Origin: Candidatus Aminicenantes bacterium
GTDB lineage: Bacteria; Acidobacteriota; Aminicenantia; Aminicenantales; JAFGBC01
Assembly: GCA_963702005.1 (NCBI GenBank)
Contig: OY969696.1
Coordinates: forward strand, 3,392,001 to 3,456,000
Length of the DNA: 64,000 bases
Direction of reading: 5' to 3'
Shown: piece by piece, positions 29,710 through 39,989 of the stretch
Position numbering within the stretch: position 1 is the first letter of the stretch
Layout of the letters: each line of letters opens with the position of its first letter
Notes under the pieces: model-generated
Database searches by the model: none
The model's input: the letters and a program-made list of their open reading frames with translations, nothing else
Told to the model about the DNA's origin: nothing
Position numbers and translations under genes: made by a program

Positions 29710-32700
29710 GTGAGTGACAAAGAGAATATCGGCCTACCTATATCGCAACAAAAACCAACTGTTCTTACAGAGAAACAAAAATGGATTGCCAGCCATCTAG
29801 ATATATTAAATAGAATAGATAGTTTTTGCCCTGGCGCTATTCCTCCATCAGATCTTTATAAGGGTGCGCTACAAACTATGCTTCCTGAGAACCGTAAAAC
29901 TAATCCTGATTGGATGGCTCAATCCGCTCATTCTTTTAGAGAAATATTATATGGGATACAGTTTGTAAAAAAAATAACAAATAGGAAAGTAATTGCGGAT
30001 GTTCTCAAAGTCTATCAAGAAGAAAAAAGAGCTGCTGAGTTGGCTAGCAAATTATTCAGCTTATATGAAGTTTTTACTCATATTGCACATCATTTGGCCG
30101 ATAGTAATAGGGAAATAGGCATAAGAAAAGCTCTCGAAAGCCTAGGAATTGTTGCGGACAGATTTCCAATAATCGATGAACAGTGTTTCGAAAGACTCGT
30201 AGGTCTTCTTGAAAGTATTTGGATTCAATCGATACCGCGCCAGCTGAATCTACATGAACAAATTGATTCAATAATAAGAGCTTCCCCAGAAAAAACTAAT
30301 AAGGGCAAGTTGCGCCTCTGGCTATTTTTTAATCCTGATGCTCGAAGGTATTTTTATTCAAAAGCTGATGAAAATTGGCTTGATTGGTTATGGGCGAATG
30401 GCTTTCTCAACATAATTAGGGATAAATCAGAGGACCCGTCCCGATATTCTTATCAAACTCCAGAGTTGGACTATCTAACGAAAGTTGCTTCTAAGCTACC
30501 GAATAGAGTGGCAGATATTATTCTTTCTTTTTCTATTTCGCCTCATAACTTCAATCCCGAAGTTATTGATCGTTTTTTAGGGATTTGCCAAAAGTTGCCT
30601 GCAATTCAGTTAGCCCGCATTGTCAATAAGATCCGAGATGAAAAATGGGTATTTCTTATGGGGAAATTTAACCGCTGGGGGTTTGAGTATGAAGAAATGA
30701 TGGAAATTCTCGCTAATGCACGAGATTATTCAAGTCTGCTCATTCTTGTTGAGGCAATATTAGAAGTACGCTCCAAAGAAAGCATATCTGAAAAGGATAC
30801 CGGACTCATTCCCGATTATCCTTTTTACTTAATCGACCTCAGCAAAACTAAGATATTTGAGCGTCTTGTGGAAGTTGATGATGCGGCTGCGGAGCAAGCG
30901 CTCGGCCTTATAACCCGAGTAATTAGAAATATCTTAAATCTCGGTGAAACCAAAAAATACGATATTTTTGATATTAACGATAACTATATTCTATTAAATG
31001 TTGATTTTTTTACAGTTACGATGGATGACGCAATGAATAGGTCATATCGAGAAGACATGATTGCCCTTGCGGCAACCATAAAGATACTAATACAAAGAAC
31101 AATTGGCTCAAGATGCAATGATCGCACAGCAGTGAGACTCCTCTTTGAAAAGTACATTAAAACTCTTCCAAATTGTCAATCTATGTGGCGGTTGAGGCTT
31201 TTTGCTTTAAGTCTTTGTCCGGATGTATTTAAGAACGAGCTTCGAACAGCATTCTTCAAAATATTCGATTTCGAAGAACCCTTTGCATTATTGCGCGGAG
31301 CAGAATACAAATGGGCAGTCAAAAAAACGTTTTTAAGCTTATCCGTTGAGGATCAAAGAAGCTATGTCTCACAGATATTTTCGTTGTTTTGCGATAAAGA
31401 TATGAAGTCATGGAAAATAAATTCCGGTTGGAGTCTTCTTTCCTGTTCTTTTAATGGTCTTACCGACGAGGAAAAAGAACGGGCAAAAGATATCTTCGGG
31501 CGCGACCTTGATCCCAATTATCAGCCAGAGGCAAGCATAGGTAAAATTAAATTCGGCCATATTAGCGCGAAAGCTCCGATTGACCAAGAAGCGCTTTCGC
31601 GAATGTCTATACTTAGCATTGTAGATAATTTAAAAAAAGACTGGACGCCTGATAATTTAAGAAAACAAGACAAAGAACAAGATATCTTTAAGCCTCTTAA
31701 TGCGGAAGGCCTGGGCAACTTGATTAAAGCCGATATATCAAATAGACCAAAGGATTATATTTCGAATGCTCCGCTTTTTTTTGATCGATACAAACTCGAT
31801 CCTCATTACACATACACCTTGCTGATGGGCATATATGAATTGCTACGCGGGAAGATTTTCCCAGATAATATTGATTGGAAGGGTATAATTTATTTACTAA
31901 TAGAAATTGTCGATTCTTCAGAAACTCAAGAATTCGATCACAGCTCATATGAGCGCCAGATAACAGGTACGTGGTTAGTAGCGTGGGATGGAGTACATAA
32001 CGCAGCAGCCGATGTCCTTCAATTACTTTTAGAAATAAGGGTTGATCAGCAAGGAATTGACATTTCTGTTTATAGAAGTGAATTACTTAAAATACTTGCT
32101 TATTTACTACATTATCCTGATCCAGAGCCAGAAACAGAATTGAAAAAGATAGACGAAATCGAGAGAGACCCGCAAACTGGAGCTGAACGCCATACAGGAT
32201 GCGATCCGTATACTGCCGCTATTAACTCAGTTAGGGGATGCTCGTTCCAAGCGTTTGTTAGTTTTGTTGAAAAGGAAGAAGCATTAAAGCCCGAAAATAA
32301 GGCCCCAATATTGCCACCCGATGTGAAAGAACTTTATAAGAAATGCTTAGATGCTGAAAAAACGCAAGCCGTAAGATTCCTTTTTGGCTATTATTTAGCA
32401 TTTTTTTATTTTCGAGATCGAAACTGGATTCGTGAGCTTTTTCCCCGGATATTTCTAGTTGACGAAGAGAAGAGTGATCTTTACTTATCAGCATGGGAAG
32501 GATATCTTTCGTGGAGTACTCTTTATAGTGAGCTATTTGATGTGCTTATGGATTATTACAAGCGGGCAATAACATGGGACCCAGATCGATATTCTCAAAG
32601 AAGATATTCCAAAGATCTTGATATTGGCCTCGCCGAACACTTTGCCTTAGCTTTCGTTTATTATGCCGATTTTAGCTTTAGCTCTAATTTATTTAAACTA

Positions 32701-33249
32701 TTTTGGGAGACAAAGAATATAAAACGACATAAGGAATTTATTTCATTTATCGGCCGTTCTTGTATTTCCCGGGATAAAGCAAAAGAATGGATTGAAATCA
32801 ACAGCATAGATATTGATAAATTGAGAGCGTTCTGGGATTGGGCGCTGGAAAATTGCAGCGATTCCGAAGTGCTCAGAGGATTTTCTTTCTGGATAGAGGC
32901 GGAACAAAATATTTTTGATCATAGATGGCTTGCCGAACGTGCTAGACTTACCCTAGAAAAAACGGGCGGCGAGGTGGAATGGGATCATGGTATTATTCAA
33001 TCTTTGCCTATTTTAGCGGATAGCGCTCCTGAAGATACCATCCAAATTTCAAGGCTTTATCTGGCTGGAGCTAAAGGATTAATCTGTCGCCGCCCATGGC
33101 TTCCAGTAGGGGAAGAGCTAATGGGAGTTTTTAAAAAGCTTTATGATAATCCAACTACTAGAGAAGAAACCATTAAGCTAATTGAGGAATTGCTTCCGCT
33201 TGGCAATGGGCAATTTTGGGTACTTAAAGAAATAGTCCAAAAACATTGA
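29710..33249 (+). CDS. Large hypothetical protein: putative HEPN-like nuclease N-terminus plus ~1000-aa helical region
   Basis: 1179-aa uninterrupted AT-rich ORF with motifs LYKGAL...NPDWMAQSAHSFREIL...FTHIAHH, WLDWLWANGFL and YTAAINSVRG. No Walker A. Domain call is inference. Confidence 0.7.
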   Translation: MSDKENIGLPISQQKPTVLTEKQKWIASHLDILNRIDSFCPGAIPPSDLYKGALQTMLPENRKTNPDWMAQSAHSFREILYGIQFVKKITNRKVIADVLKVYQEEKRAAELASKLFSLYEVFTHIAHHLADSNREIGIRKALESLGIVADRFPIIDEQCFERLVGLLESIWIQSIPRQLNLHEQIDSIIRASPEKTNKGKLRLWLFFNPDARRYFYSKADENWLDWLWANGFLNIIRDKSEDPSRYSYQTPELDYLTKVASKLPNRVADIILSFSISPHNFNPEVIDRFLGICQKLPAIQLARIVNKIRDEKWVFLMGKFNRWGFEYEEMMEILANARDYSSLLILVEAILEVRSKESISEKDTGLIPDYPFYLIDLSKTKIFERLVEVDDAAAEQALGLITRVIRNILNLGETKKYDIFDINDNYILLNVDFFTVTMDDAMNRSYREDMIALAATIKILIQRTIGSRCNDRTAVRLLFEKYIKTLPNCQSMWRLRLFALSLCPDVFKNELRTAFFKIFDFEEPFALLRGAEYKWAVKKTFLSLSVEDQRSYVSQIFSLFCDKDMKSWKINSGWSLLSCSFNGLTDEEKERAKDIFGRDLDPNYQPEASIGKIKFGHISAKAPIDQEALSRMSILSIVDNLKKDWTPDNLRKQDKEQDIFKPLNAEGLGNLIKADISNRPKDYISNAPLFFDRYKLDPHYTYTLLMGIYELLRGKIFPDNIDWKGIIYLLIEIVDSSETQEFDHSSYERQITGTWLVAWDGVHNAAADVLQLLLEIRVDQQGIDISVYRSELLKILAYLLHYPDPEPETELKKIDEIERDPQTGAERHTGCDPYTAAINSVRGCSFQAFVSFVEKEEALKPENKAPILPPDVKELYKKCLDAEKTQAVRFLFGYYLAFFYFRDRNWIRELFPRIFLVDEEKSDLYLSAWEGYLSWSTLYSELFDVLMDYYKRAITWDPDRYSQRRYSKDLDIGLAEHFALAFVYYADFSFSSNLFKLFWETKNIKRHKEFISFIGRSCISRDKAKEWIEINSIDIDKLRAFWDWALENCSDSEVLRGFSFWIEAEQNIFDHRWLAERARLTLEKTGGEVEWDHGIIQSLPILADSAPEDTIQISRLYLAGAKGLICRRPWLPVGEELMGVFKKLYDNPTTREETIKLIEELLPLGNGQFWVLKEIVQKH

Positions 33250-33399
33250 TCCGAAACGGAATTGCGGTTAAAGGCAATTGACAATATCTTATTTAGATAA
33301 TTGCTTTTAGAAATAAGGCCTAGTAAGCACCGTTTCAACTCCTTGAAAAAGATCGGCCTTTACTTCATAATAAATAGCTTTAAAACGGAGGACACAGAG

Positions 33400-34617
<1,218 letters not shown>

Positions 34618-34629
34618 AGACGGGAACCG

Positions 34630-35496
34630 ATGAGAATGGAGATCCGCCGCAAGCTCCGCGAAGTCCTGATCACCTCGCCGTCTTTTATGTGGTTGACCGT
34701 CCTGTTCGCCCTGCCGACCTTGTTCGTCATCGTAATCGCCTTCCGCCCCGCTAATCCCTACGGAGGCGCCGGCCGCGGATGGACACTCGAAAACCTGAAC
34801 CGCCTGGCCGACCCCAACTACCTGGAAATCATCTGGCGGACGCTCTGGATCAGCGCCCTGACGACGGTGCTTTGCCTGGCTCTGGCGGTGCCGATCGGCT
34901 ACGTCCTGGCGCGGGTATCGCCGAAGTGGCGCAACTTCTGCCTGATGCTCGTGGTCATCCCCTTCTGGACCAATTTCCTGATCCGGATCTTCGCCTGGAA
35001 GGCCCTCCTCCACCCCGAGGGGCCGGCCAAACGGCTCCTGGTCCTTCTCGGACTGGCCGGGCCTCAAACGTCTCTTCTCTACAACTCCGTCGCCGTCATC
35101 CTCGTCTCGGTCTATACCTTCCTCCCCTTCACCATCCTCCCCGTCTACGCCGCGGCCGACAAATTCGATTTTCAACTCCTGGAAGCCGCCCGCGACCTCG
35201 GGGCTAAGCCTTGGCGGGCCTTCCGGACCGTCTTCCTGCCCGGGATACGGCGCGGCCTGCTCACGGCGCTCCTATTTGTCCTGATCCCGTCGCTGGGTTC
35301 CTATATCATCCCGGATATCGTGGGCGGGCCGACCAGCGAGATGCTCGGCAACAAGATCGCCCAAAGGGTCTTCAACGACCGGAACCTGCCCCAGGCCGGC
35401 GCCCTTTCCGTCGTCCTGATCCTGTCGGTGGTGGCCCCGCTGGCGGTGGCCCTATTCCTGGAGCGGAAAAAAGAGAGACCGGAGTCCATCCTCTAA
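34630..35496 (+). CDS. potB: Spermidine/putrescine ABC transporter permease
   Basis: PFWTNFLIR, LPFTILP, EAARDLGA (EAA loop), operon position. Confidence 0.88.
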   Translation: MRMEIRRKLREVLITSPSFMWLTVLFALPTLFVIVIAFRPANPYGGAGRGWTLENLNRLADPNYLEIIWRTLWISALTTVLCLALAVPIGYVLARVSPKWRNFCLMLVVIPFWTNFLIRIFAWKALLHPEGPAKRLLVLLGLAGPQTSLLYNSVAVILVSVYTFLPFTILPVYAAADKFDFQLLEAARDLGAKPWRAFRTVFLPGIRRGLLTALLFVLIPSLGSYIIPDIVGGPTSEMLGNKIAQRVFNDRNLPQAGALSVVLILSVVAPLAVALFLERKKERPESIL

Positions 35497-36281
35497 TGAA
35501 ACGCAGCCGGATGCCCTTGGCGATCGCGATCGCCGCCATCCTCTTCCTCTATCTTCCGATTGTGGTCCTGGTCGTCAACTCGTTCAACGCCTCGCGCTTC
35601 GGCGGCGGCTGGCGGGGGTTTTCCCTCGTCTGGTACGGCCGCCTGTTCCACGAGCCGGAGATCTGGCAGGCCGCCCGGACCACCCTCATCATCGCCCTGG
35701 GCGCCACGGCGCTTTCGGTCCTCCTGGGGACGACGGCCGCCCTGGCTCTTCATCGCTACGCCAAGAGCCGCCTCCAGCGCGCCCATTTCGCCCTGATCTA
35801 CATGCCGCTGGTCATGCCGGAAATCCTGATGGGGATCAGCCTGTTGATGCTCTTCGTGTCGGCCGGCCTCCCGCTCGGGCTGGGGACCATTTTTCTGGCT
35901 CATGTCACCTTCTGCCTCAGCTTTGTCGCCATGGTCGTCCTGGCCCGGCTCCAGGATTTCGACGAGTCGGTCATCGAGGCCAGCCGCGACCTCGGCGCCG
36001 GCGGCTGGACGACTTTCCGCAAAATCCGCCTGCCCCTGCTCGGGCCGGGGATCCTGGCCGGAGGCCTGCTCGCCTTCACCCTGTCCGTCGACGATTTTGT
36101 CATCACCTTCTTCGTCGCCGGCCCCGGCTCTACGACCCTGCCCATTCGCATTTACAGCATGATCAAGCACGGTTCGCCCCCCCTCATCAACGCGCTGTCC
36201 ACGATCCTGCTGGTCGTGACCTTCGTCGCCGTGGCCCTGAGTCAGCGCCTCTCCCGCCCCAAGGCCAAGGAAGCCGCATGA
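35496..36281 (+). CDS. potC: Spermidine/putrescine ABC transporter permease
   Basis: FLYLPI..NSFN, PEILMG, EASRDLGA, FTLSVDDFVITFF. Confidence 0.88.
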   Translation: MKRSRMPLAIAIAAILFLYLPIVVLVVNSFNASRFGGGWRGFSLVWYGRLFHEPEIWQAARTTLIIALGATALSVLLGTTAALALHRYAKSRLQRAHFALIYMPLVMPEILMGISLLMLFVSAGLPLGLGTIFLAHVTFCLSFVAMVVLARLQDFDESVIEASRDLGAGGWTTFRKIRLPLLGPGILAGGLLAFTLSVDDFVITFFVAGPGSTTLPIRIYSMIKHGSPPLINALSTILLVVTFVAVALSQRLSRPKAKEAA

Positions 36282-37318
36282 AGATGAAGAGAGGCGGGTC
36301 GATGGCTCTCGTCTTAGCCGGGCTCATGGCGGCCGCCGGCTGCGGGAAGAGCCGGCCCGCGCTGAATATCTATACTTGGGCCGATTATATCAACCCCGAC
36401 ATCGTGGCCCGCTTTGAGAGAGAGCACGGCTGCCGGGTCGTCATCGACACCTTCGACTCCAACGAGTCGATGTACGCTAAGCTCAAGGCGGGCGCGACCG
36501 GGTACGACCTGCTGACGCCCTCGAGCTACATGGTCAGCCTGATGCACGCCCAAGGGATGCTCCTGAAGCTCGATCACGCGCTGCTCCCCAACCTGGCCCA
36601 GGTCGATCCGGACTATCTGGCCAAGGCCATCGACAAGACCATGGACCATTCCGTGCCCTACATGGTCGTCAACACGGTCATCGCCTACCTCCAGAGCCGC
36701 GTCCCGGATTTTGTCCCATCAACCTCGATGTTTGGGCGCGCCGACCTCAAGGGCCGGATGACCCTTCTCAACGACATGCGGGAGACGATCGGGGCCGGGC
36801 TGAAAAGCCTTGGCTACAGCATCAACACGAGCGATGAGCGGGAACTGGGCGAAGCCCGGGACGTCGTCCTCCGCTGGAAGAAGAATATCGCCAAGTTCGA
36901 GAACGAGCAGTACAAGACAGGATTAGCCTCGGGCGAATTCCTTCTCGTCCAGGGCTACAGCGGAGACATCATCCAGATCCAGAAGGAGAACCCGGACGTC
37001 AGGCTGGCCGTCCCGCGCGAGGGGACGGTCATCTCGGTCGATGACCTCGTCATCCCCAAGACGGCCAGTCAAACGGCCTTGGCCCACGCCTTCATCAACT
37101 TTCTCCACGAACCGGCCGTCGCCGCGGCGAACTCGAACTTCATCAAATACCTCTGCCCCAACACGGGCAGCTACCCCCTGCTCGGCCCGGACCTCAAGGG
37201 CAACCCGGCCGTCTTCCTGAGCGCGGAGCTTCGGGCTAAAAGCGAGATCCTGGCCGACCTGGGCGCGGCCAACGCCCTGTACATCAAGATCTGGGACGAG
37301 ATCAAAGCCGCCAAATAA
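36278..37318 (+). CDS. potD: Spermidine/putrescine ABC transporter substrate-binding lipoprotein
   Basis: Lipobox AAGC, LNIYTWADYI, FDSNESMYAKL, PSSYMV, YSGD, PREG. Confidence 0.88.
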   Translation: MKMKRGGSMALVLAGLMAAAGCGKSRPALNIYTWADYINPDIVARFEREHGCRVVIDTFDSNESMYAKLKAGATGYDLLTPSSYMVSLMHAQGMLLKLDHALLPNLAQVDPDYLAKAIDKTMDHSVPYMVVNTVIAYLQSRVPDFVPSTSMFGRADLKGRMTLLNDMRETIGAGLKSLGYSINTSDERELGEARDVVLRWKKNIAKFENEQYKTGLASGEFLLVQGYSGDIIQIQKENPDVRLAVPREGTVISVDDLVIPKTASQTALAHAFINFLHEPAVAAANSNFIKYLCPNTGSYPLLGPDLKGNPAVFLSAELRAKSEILADLGAANALYIKIWDEIKAAK

Positions 37319-37334
37319 GCCGCCCCCTCCCCTA

Positions 37335-38252
37335 TTATCCTGGATCGAGAACGGCAGGGGGAGGACAAACGACCTCCATGCTTTCGCCTTTTACCGCATG
37401 GGGAAACCGGATTTTCCACGAATGCAGGAAATATCCTGTTTCGCCGGGAAGCGCGGCGTGCTCATCATCTTCACTGTCTGCACGAGGTATTCCCCCCGCT
37501 TGATAGAGCGGATCACCCACCAGGGGGAATCCCGCGTGGCTGAGATGGATCCGGATCTGATGGGGACGTCCCGTGGGAATCGTCACTTCGAGGAGTGTCG
37601 CATTCTCGTCGGGGAGTCGGCGGATCACCCGGACATGGCTTATAGACGGCCGGCCGCCGGGACGATAGGCGTGGAGGGTTGTCGGACGCCGATACGGGAC
37701 AGGCCCGATCGGCGCGTCGACCGTGAACGTGTCCGGCATGGCCGTTCCGGAGGCCAAGGCCAAATACACCTTACGGATCCGCCTTTCAGACATGGCGGCC
37801 GCCAATAATCGCGCGGTTCGGGCGTTGCGGGTGAAGAGAATCGCCCCGGAAGTGCCGCGTCCAAGCCGATGAAGCGGCGAACACGCGGCGCCATAACGAC
37901 GCCGCGCCAGGTGAAGCAGGGTGTTTTCCAGAAACATACCGCCGGGAAGAACGGGCAGCCCGGAGGGTTTCGCCAGAACCAGGACATCCCCGTCTTCGAA
38001 GAGTGTCTCAAAATTCCGGGGAGCTTCGGGTTCCTCCCAAGGAAGACGATGGTAGCTCAGGCGGTCGCCCCGAGTCAGGGGACGGTCCGGCAAGGGCGGC
38101 CGTCCATTGAGCAAAACCTGCCCGGCCCGGATCCGCTGCCGCCATGTCTCCTCGGTCGAGTGGGGATAATGACGGGCATAGAAAGCCGCGACCGAGACGC
38201 CTTCGTCCGGCTCGAGCACGCGATCCGGATAGAGATAGCCGTTATTTTTCAT
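37335..38252 (-). CDS. RluA family pseudouridine synthase
   Basis: KPSGLPV, HRLGRGTSG, TGRPHQIRIH, GDPLY, LHS. The canonical HRLD Asp appears as G here. Confidence 0.82.
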   Translation of the reverse strand: MKNNGYLYPDRVLEPDEGVSVAAFYARHYPHSTEETWRQRIRAGQVLLNGRPPLPDRPLTRGDRLSYHRLPWEEPEAPRNFETLFEDGDVLVLAKPSGLPVLPGGMFLENTLLHLARRRYGAACSPLHRLGRGTSGAILFTRNARTARLLAAAMSERRIRKVYLALASGTAMPDTFTVDAPIGPVPYRRPTTLHAYRPGGRPSISHVRVIRRLPDENATLLEVTIPTGRPHQIRIHLSHAGFPLVGDPLYQAGGIPRADSEDDEHAALPGETGYFLHSWKIRFPHAVKGESMEVVCPPPAVLDPG

Positions 38253-38288
38253 GATATCCGGCGGAGCAAGTCCTAGCCCGCTTTCCGC

Positions 38289-38855
38289 TCAAGCCTTGGA
38301 CGCATATTCGCCCGTACGGGTGTCGACGCAGATGACCTCTCCGGTCGACATGTATTCGGGGACCTGAACGACCAGCCCGGTGGACAGGGTGGCCGGCTTC
38401 GTTCGCGCCGTGACCGACGCCCCCTTCACGGACGGCCGCGTGTCCATGATCTCAAGGTTGATGAAGGTCGGTATCTCCAGCCCGAGGACGCGGCCCTCAG
38501 ACGATATTGATACCAGCCCTTCGAGGCCCTCGGTGAGATAGGGCCACTCCTCCTCGATCTCGTCCTTCGTCAGCGTGAACTGGCTATAATCCTTCAGGTC
38601 CATGAAGGTGATGCTCGACGCATCGCCGAACAGGTACTGGACCGGCCGCTTCTCGAAATCGGCCTCGGCCAGGATGTCGTCGCCGCGCAGGGCCTGGTCG
38701 ACCTTGCGCTTCGACTTCAAGTTGCGGAAACGGATCTTGTACAGCGTTACCGCCCCGCGGGCCGAGGGCGACTGGACCTTGATCGTTTCGACGACGTGGG
38801 GGTCGCCTTCGATCCTGACGACGTCGCCTTTCTTCAAGTCGGATGCTCTGATCAT
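38289..38855 (-). CDS. yeiP: Elongation factor P-like protein EfpL (YeiP)
   Basis: Tip loop SPSARGA (Arg), KGASVTARTKPATLSTG, VQVPEY, DTRTGEY. Confidence 0.85.
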   Translation of the reverse strand: MIRASDLKKGDVVRIEGDPHVVETIKVQSPSARGAVTLYKIRFRNLKSKRKVDQALRGDDILAEADFEKRPVQYLFGDASSITFMDLKDYSQFTLTKDEIEEEWPYLTEGLEGLVSISSEGRVLGLEIPTFINLEIMDTRPSVKGASVTARTKPATLSTGLVVQVPEYMSTGEVICVDTRTGEYASKA

Positions 38856-38940
38856 GGGACCGCCTCGATGGTCTTCCTCTAAGTCAGGCTTCCATTATTC
38901 TATTTCCAAATCATTTTATAGACAATGAGCTCTTTATACG

Positions 38941-39040
38941 TTGCGGGTCTTCTTCAAGTCCAAGCGCCGGCTCCTCGGAGATTGCGGATTAGCTTTCACC
39001 CCCATTTGCTTTTTCTGGTAAGAGAGGGCGGGACGGACGA
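38941..39040 (+). pseudogene. IS91-family (HUH/Y2) transposase relic A
   Basis: LRVFFKSKRRLLGDC, then in another frame FHPHLLFLVREGG, resembling the HPHLHxLVxxGG motif. Confidence 0.55.
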
Positions 39041-39172
39041 TCGGGTCGAAAAGAACCTTGTCAAGGATGATCATTTTCCTTATAATTCACTCAATGTTTC
39101 CGTAGGAGACGGATCCCGGAGACTCATCGGATTGTCATCCGAGGAGACCGTCCTTACGACCGGATCGATCCC

Positions 39173-39883
39173 ATGAAGTACAGGCCGGAAGGCAACGCGA
39201 CCCTCGAGGCCCTGGCCAATGCGGACTCGTTTACGGAGTGGATGTTCGAGCAGGTTCGTCCCAATCTCGGGGGAACCATCCTGGAAATCGGGAGCGGCCG
39301 GGGGACGTACAGCCGAAGAATCCTCAGAGATTTCCCGGGCAGCCATATCATCCTCAGCGACATCGATAGCCAATACGTGGAGCTGCTGAGGGGCGATCTC
39401 ACCGATCCACGGCTGACGATCCTCCGGATCGATATGGAGAATCCCGAGGACTTCCGGCAGATCAAACGCCCCGTCGACAGCGCCTTCGCTTTGAACGTCC
39501 TCGAACATACCCGGGACGACCGGCGCTCCCTCCAGAATGTCTACGACATCCTGCGCCCGGGCGGCCGGTTCGTCGTTCTCGTCCCGGCCCACCCTTTCCT
39601 GTTCGGGGTCATCGACCGGAGCATCGGGCACACGCGCCGTTATTCGAAGACAGAGCTGCTGAATTCGGTCCGGGGGACGGCCTTTAGGGTCAGGTATCTC
39701 TTCTTTTTTAACGCCCTCTCCGTCCTCGGCTGGTTCATTGCCGGCCGCGTCCTGAAAATGACCACCGTCAGCCCCTGGGCCGTAGACATCTATACCCGGA
39801 TGATCCCCATCATGCGGGTCATCGAAAAACAAATTCTGCGTCGTCGTGTCGGGCTATCGCTTGTCGCCGCGCTCGAGAAATAG
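39173..39883 (+). CDS. Class I SAM-dependent methyltransferase
   Basis: ILEIGSGRG, NVLEH, LRPGG, VPAHP..D..IGH.RRY. Confidence 0.87.
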   Translation: MKYRPEGNATLEALANADSFTEWMFEQVRPNLGGTILEIGSGRGTYSRRILRDFPGSHIILSDIDSQYVELLRGDLTDPRLTILRIDMENPEDFRQIKRPVDSAFALNVLEHTRDDRRSLQNVYDILRPGGRFVVLVPAHPFLFGVIDRSIGHTRRYSKTELLNSVRGTAFRVRYLFFFNALSVLGWFIAGRVLKMTTVSPWAVDIYTRMIPIMRVIEKQILRRRVGLSLVAALEK

Positions 39884-39989
39884 ATCCAAAACCAAACGGA
39901 TCGGCCGCCTGGAAAAGGACGGCCGTTGGTATAACACTCCTCTTTTTGCTAAAATACGGCACGAAGATGAAGAGGATTCGGCTGAGTTC

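Larger units (their letters stand above)
28665..33385. mobile_element. AT-rich horizontally acquired island (no integrase seen)
   Basis: Abrupt switch from GC-rich to AT-rich sequence at the dgt start codon, and back again at the potA RBS. Confidence 0.75.

Noticed and set aside
38289-38855. EfpL as a novelty outside Gammaproteobacteria
   Set aside because: EfpL/YeiP is already known from several other phyla, so it is annotated as an ordinary feature.
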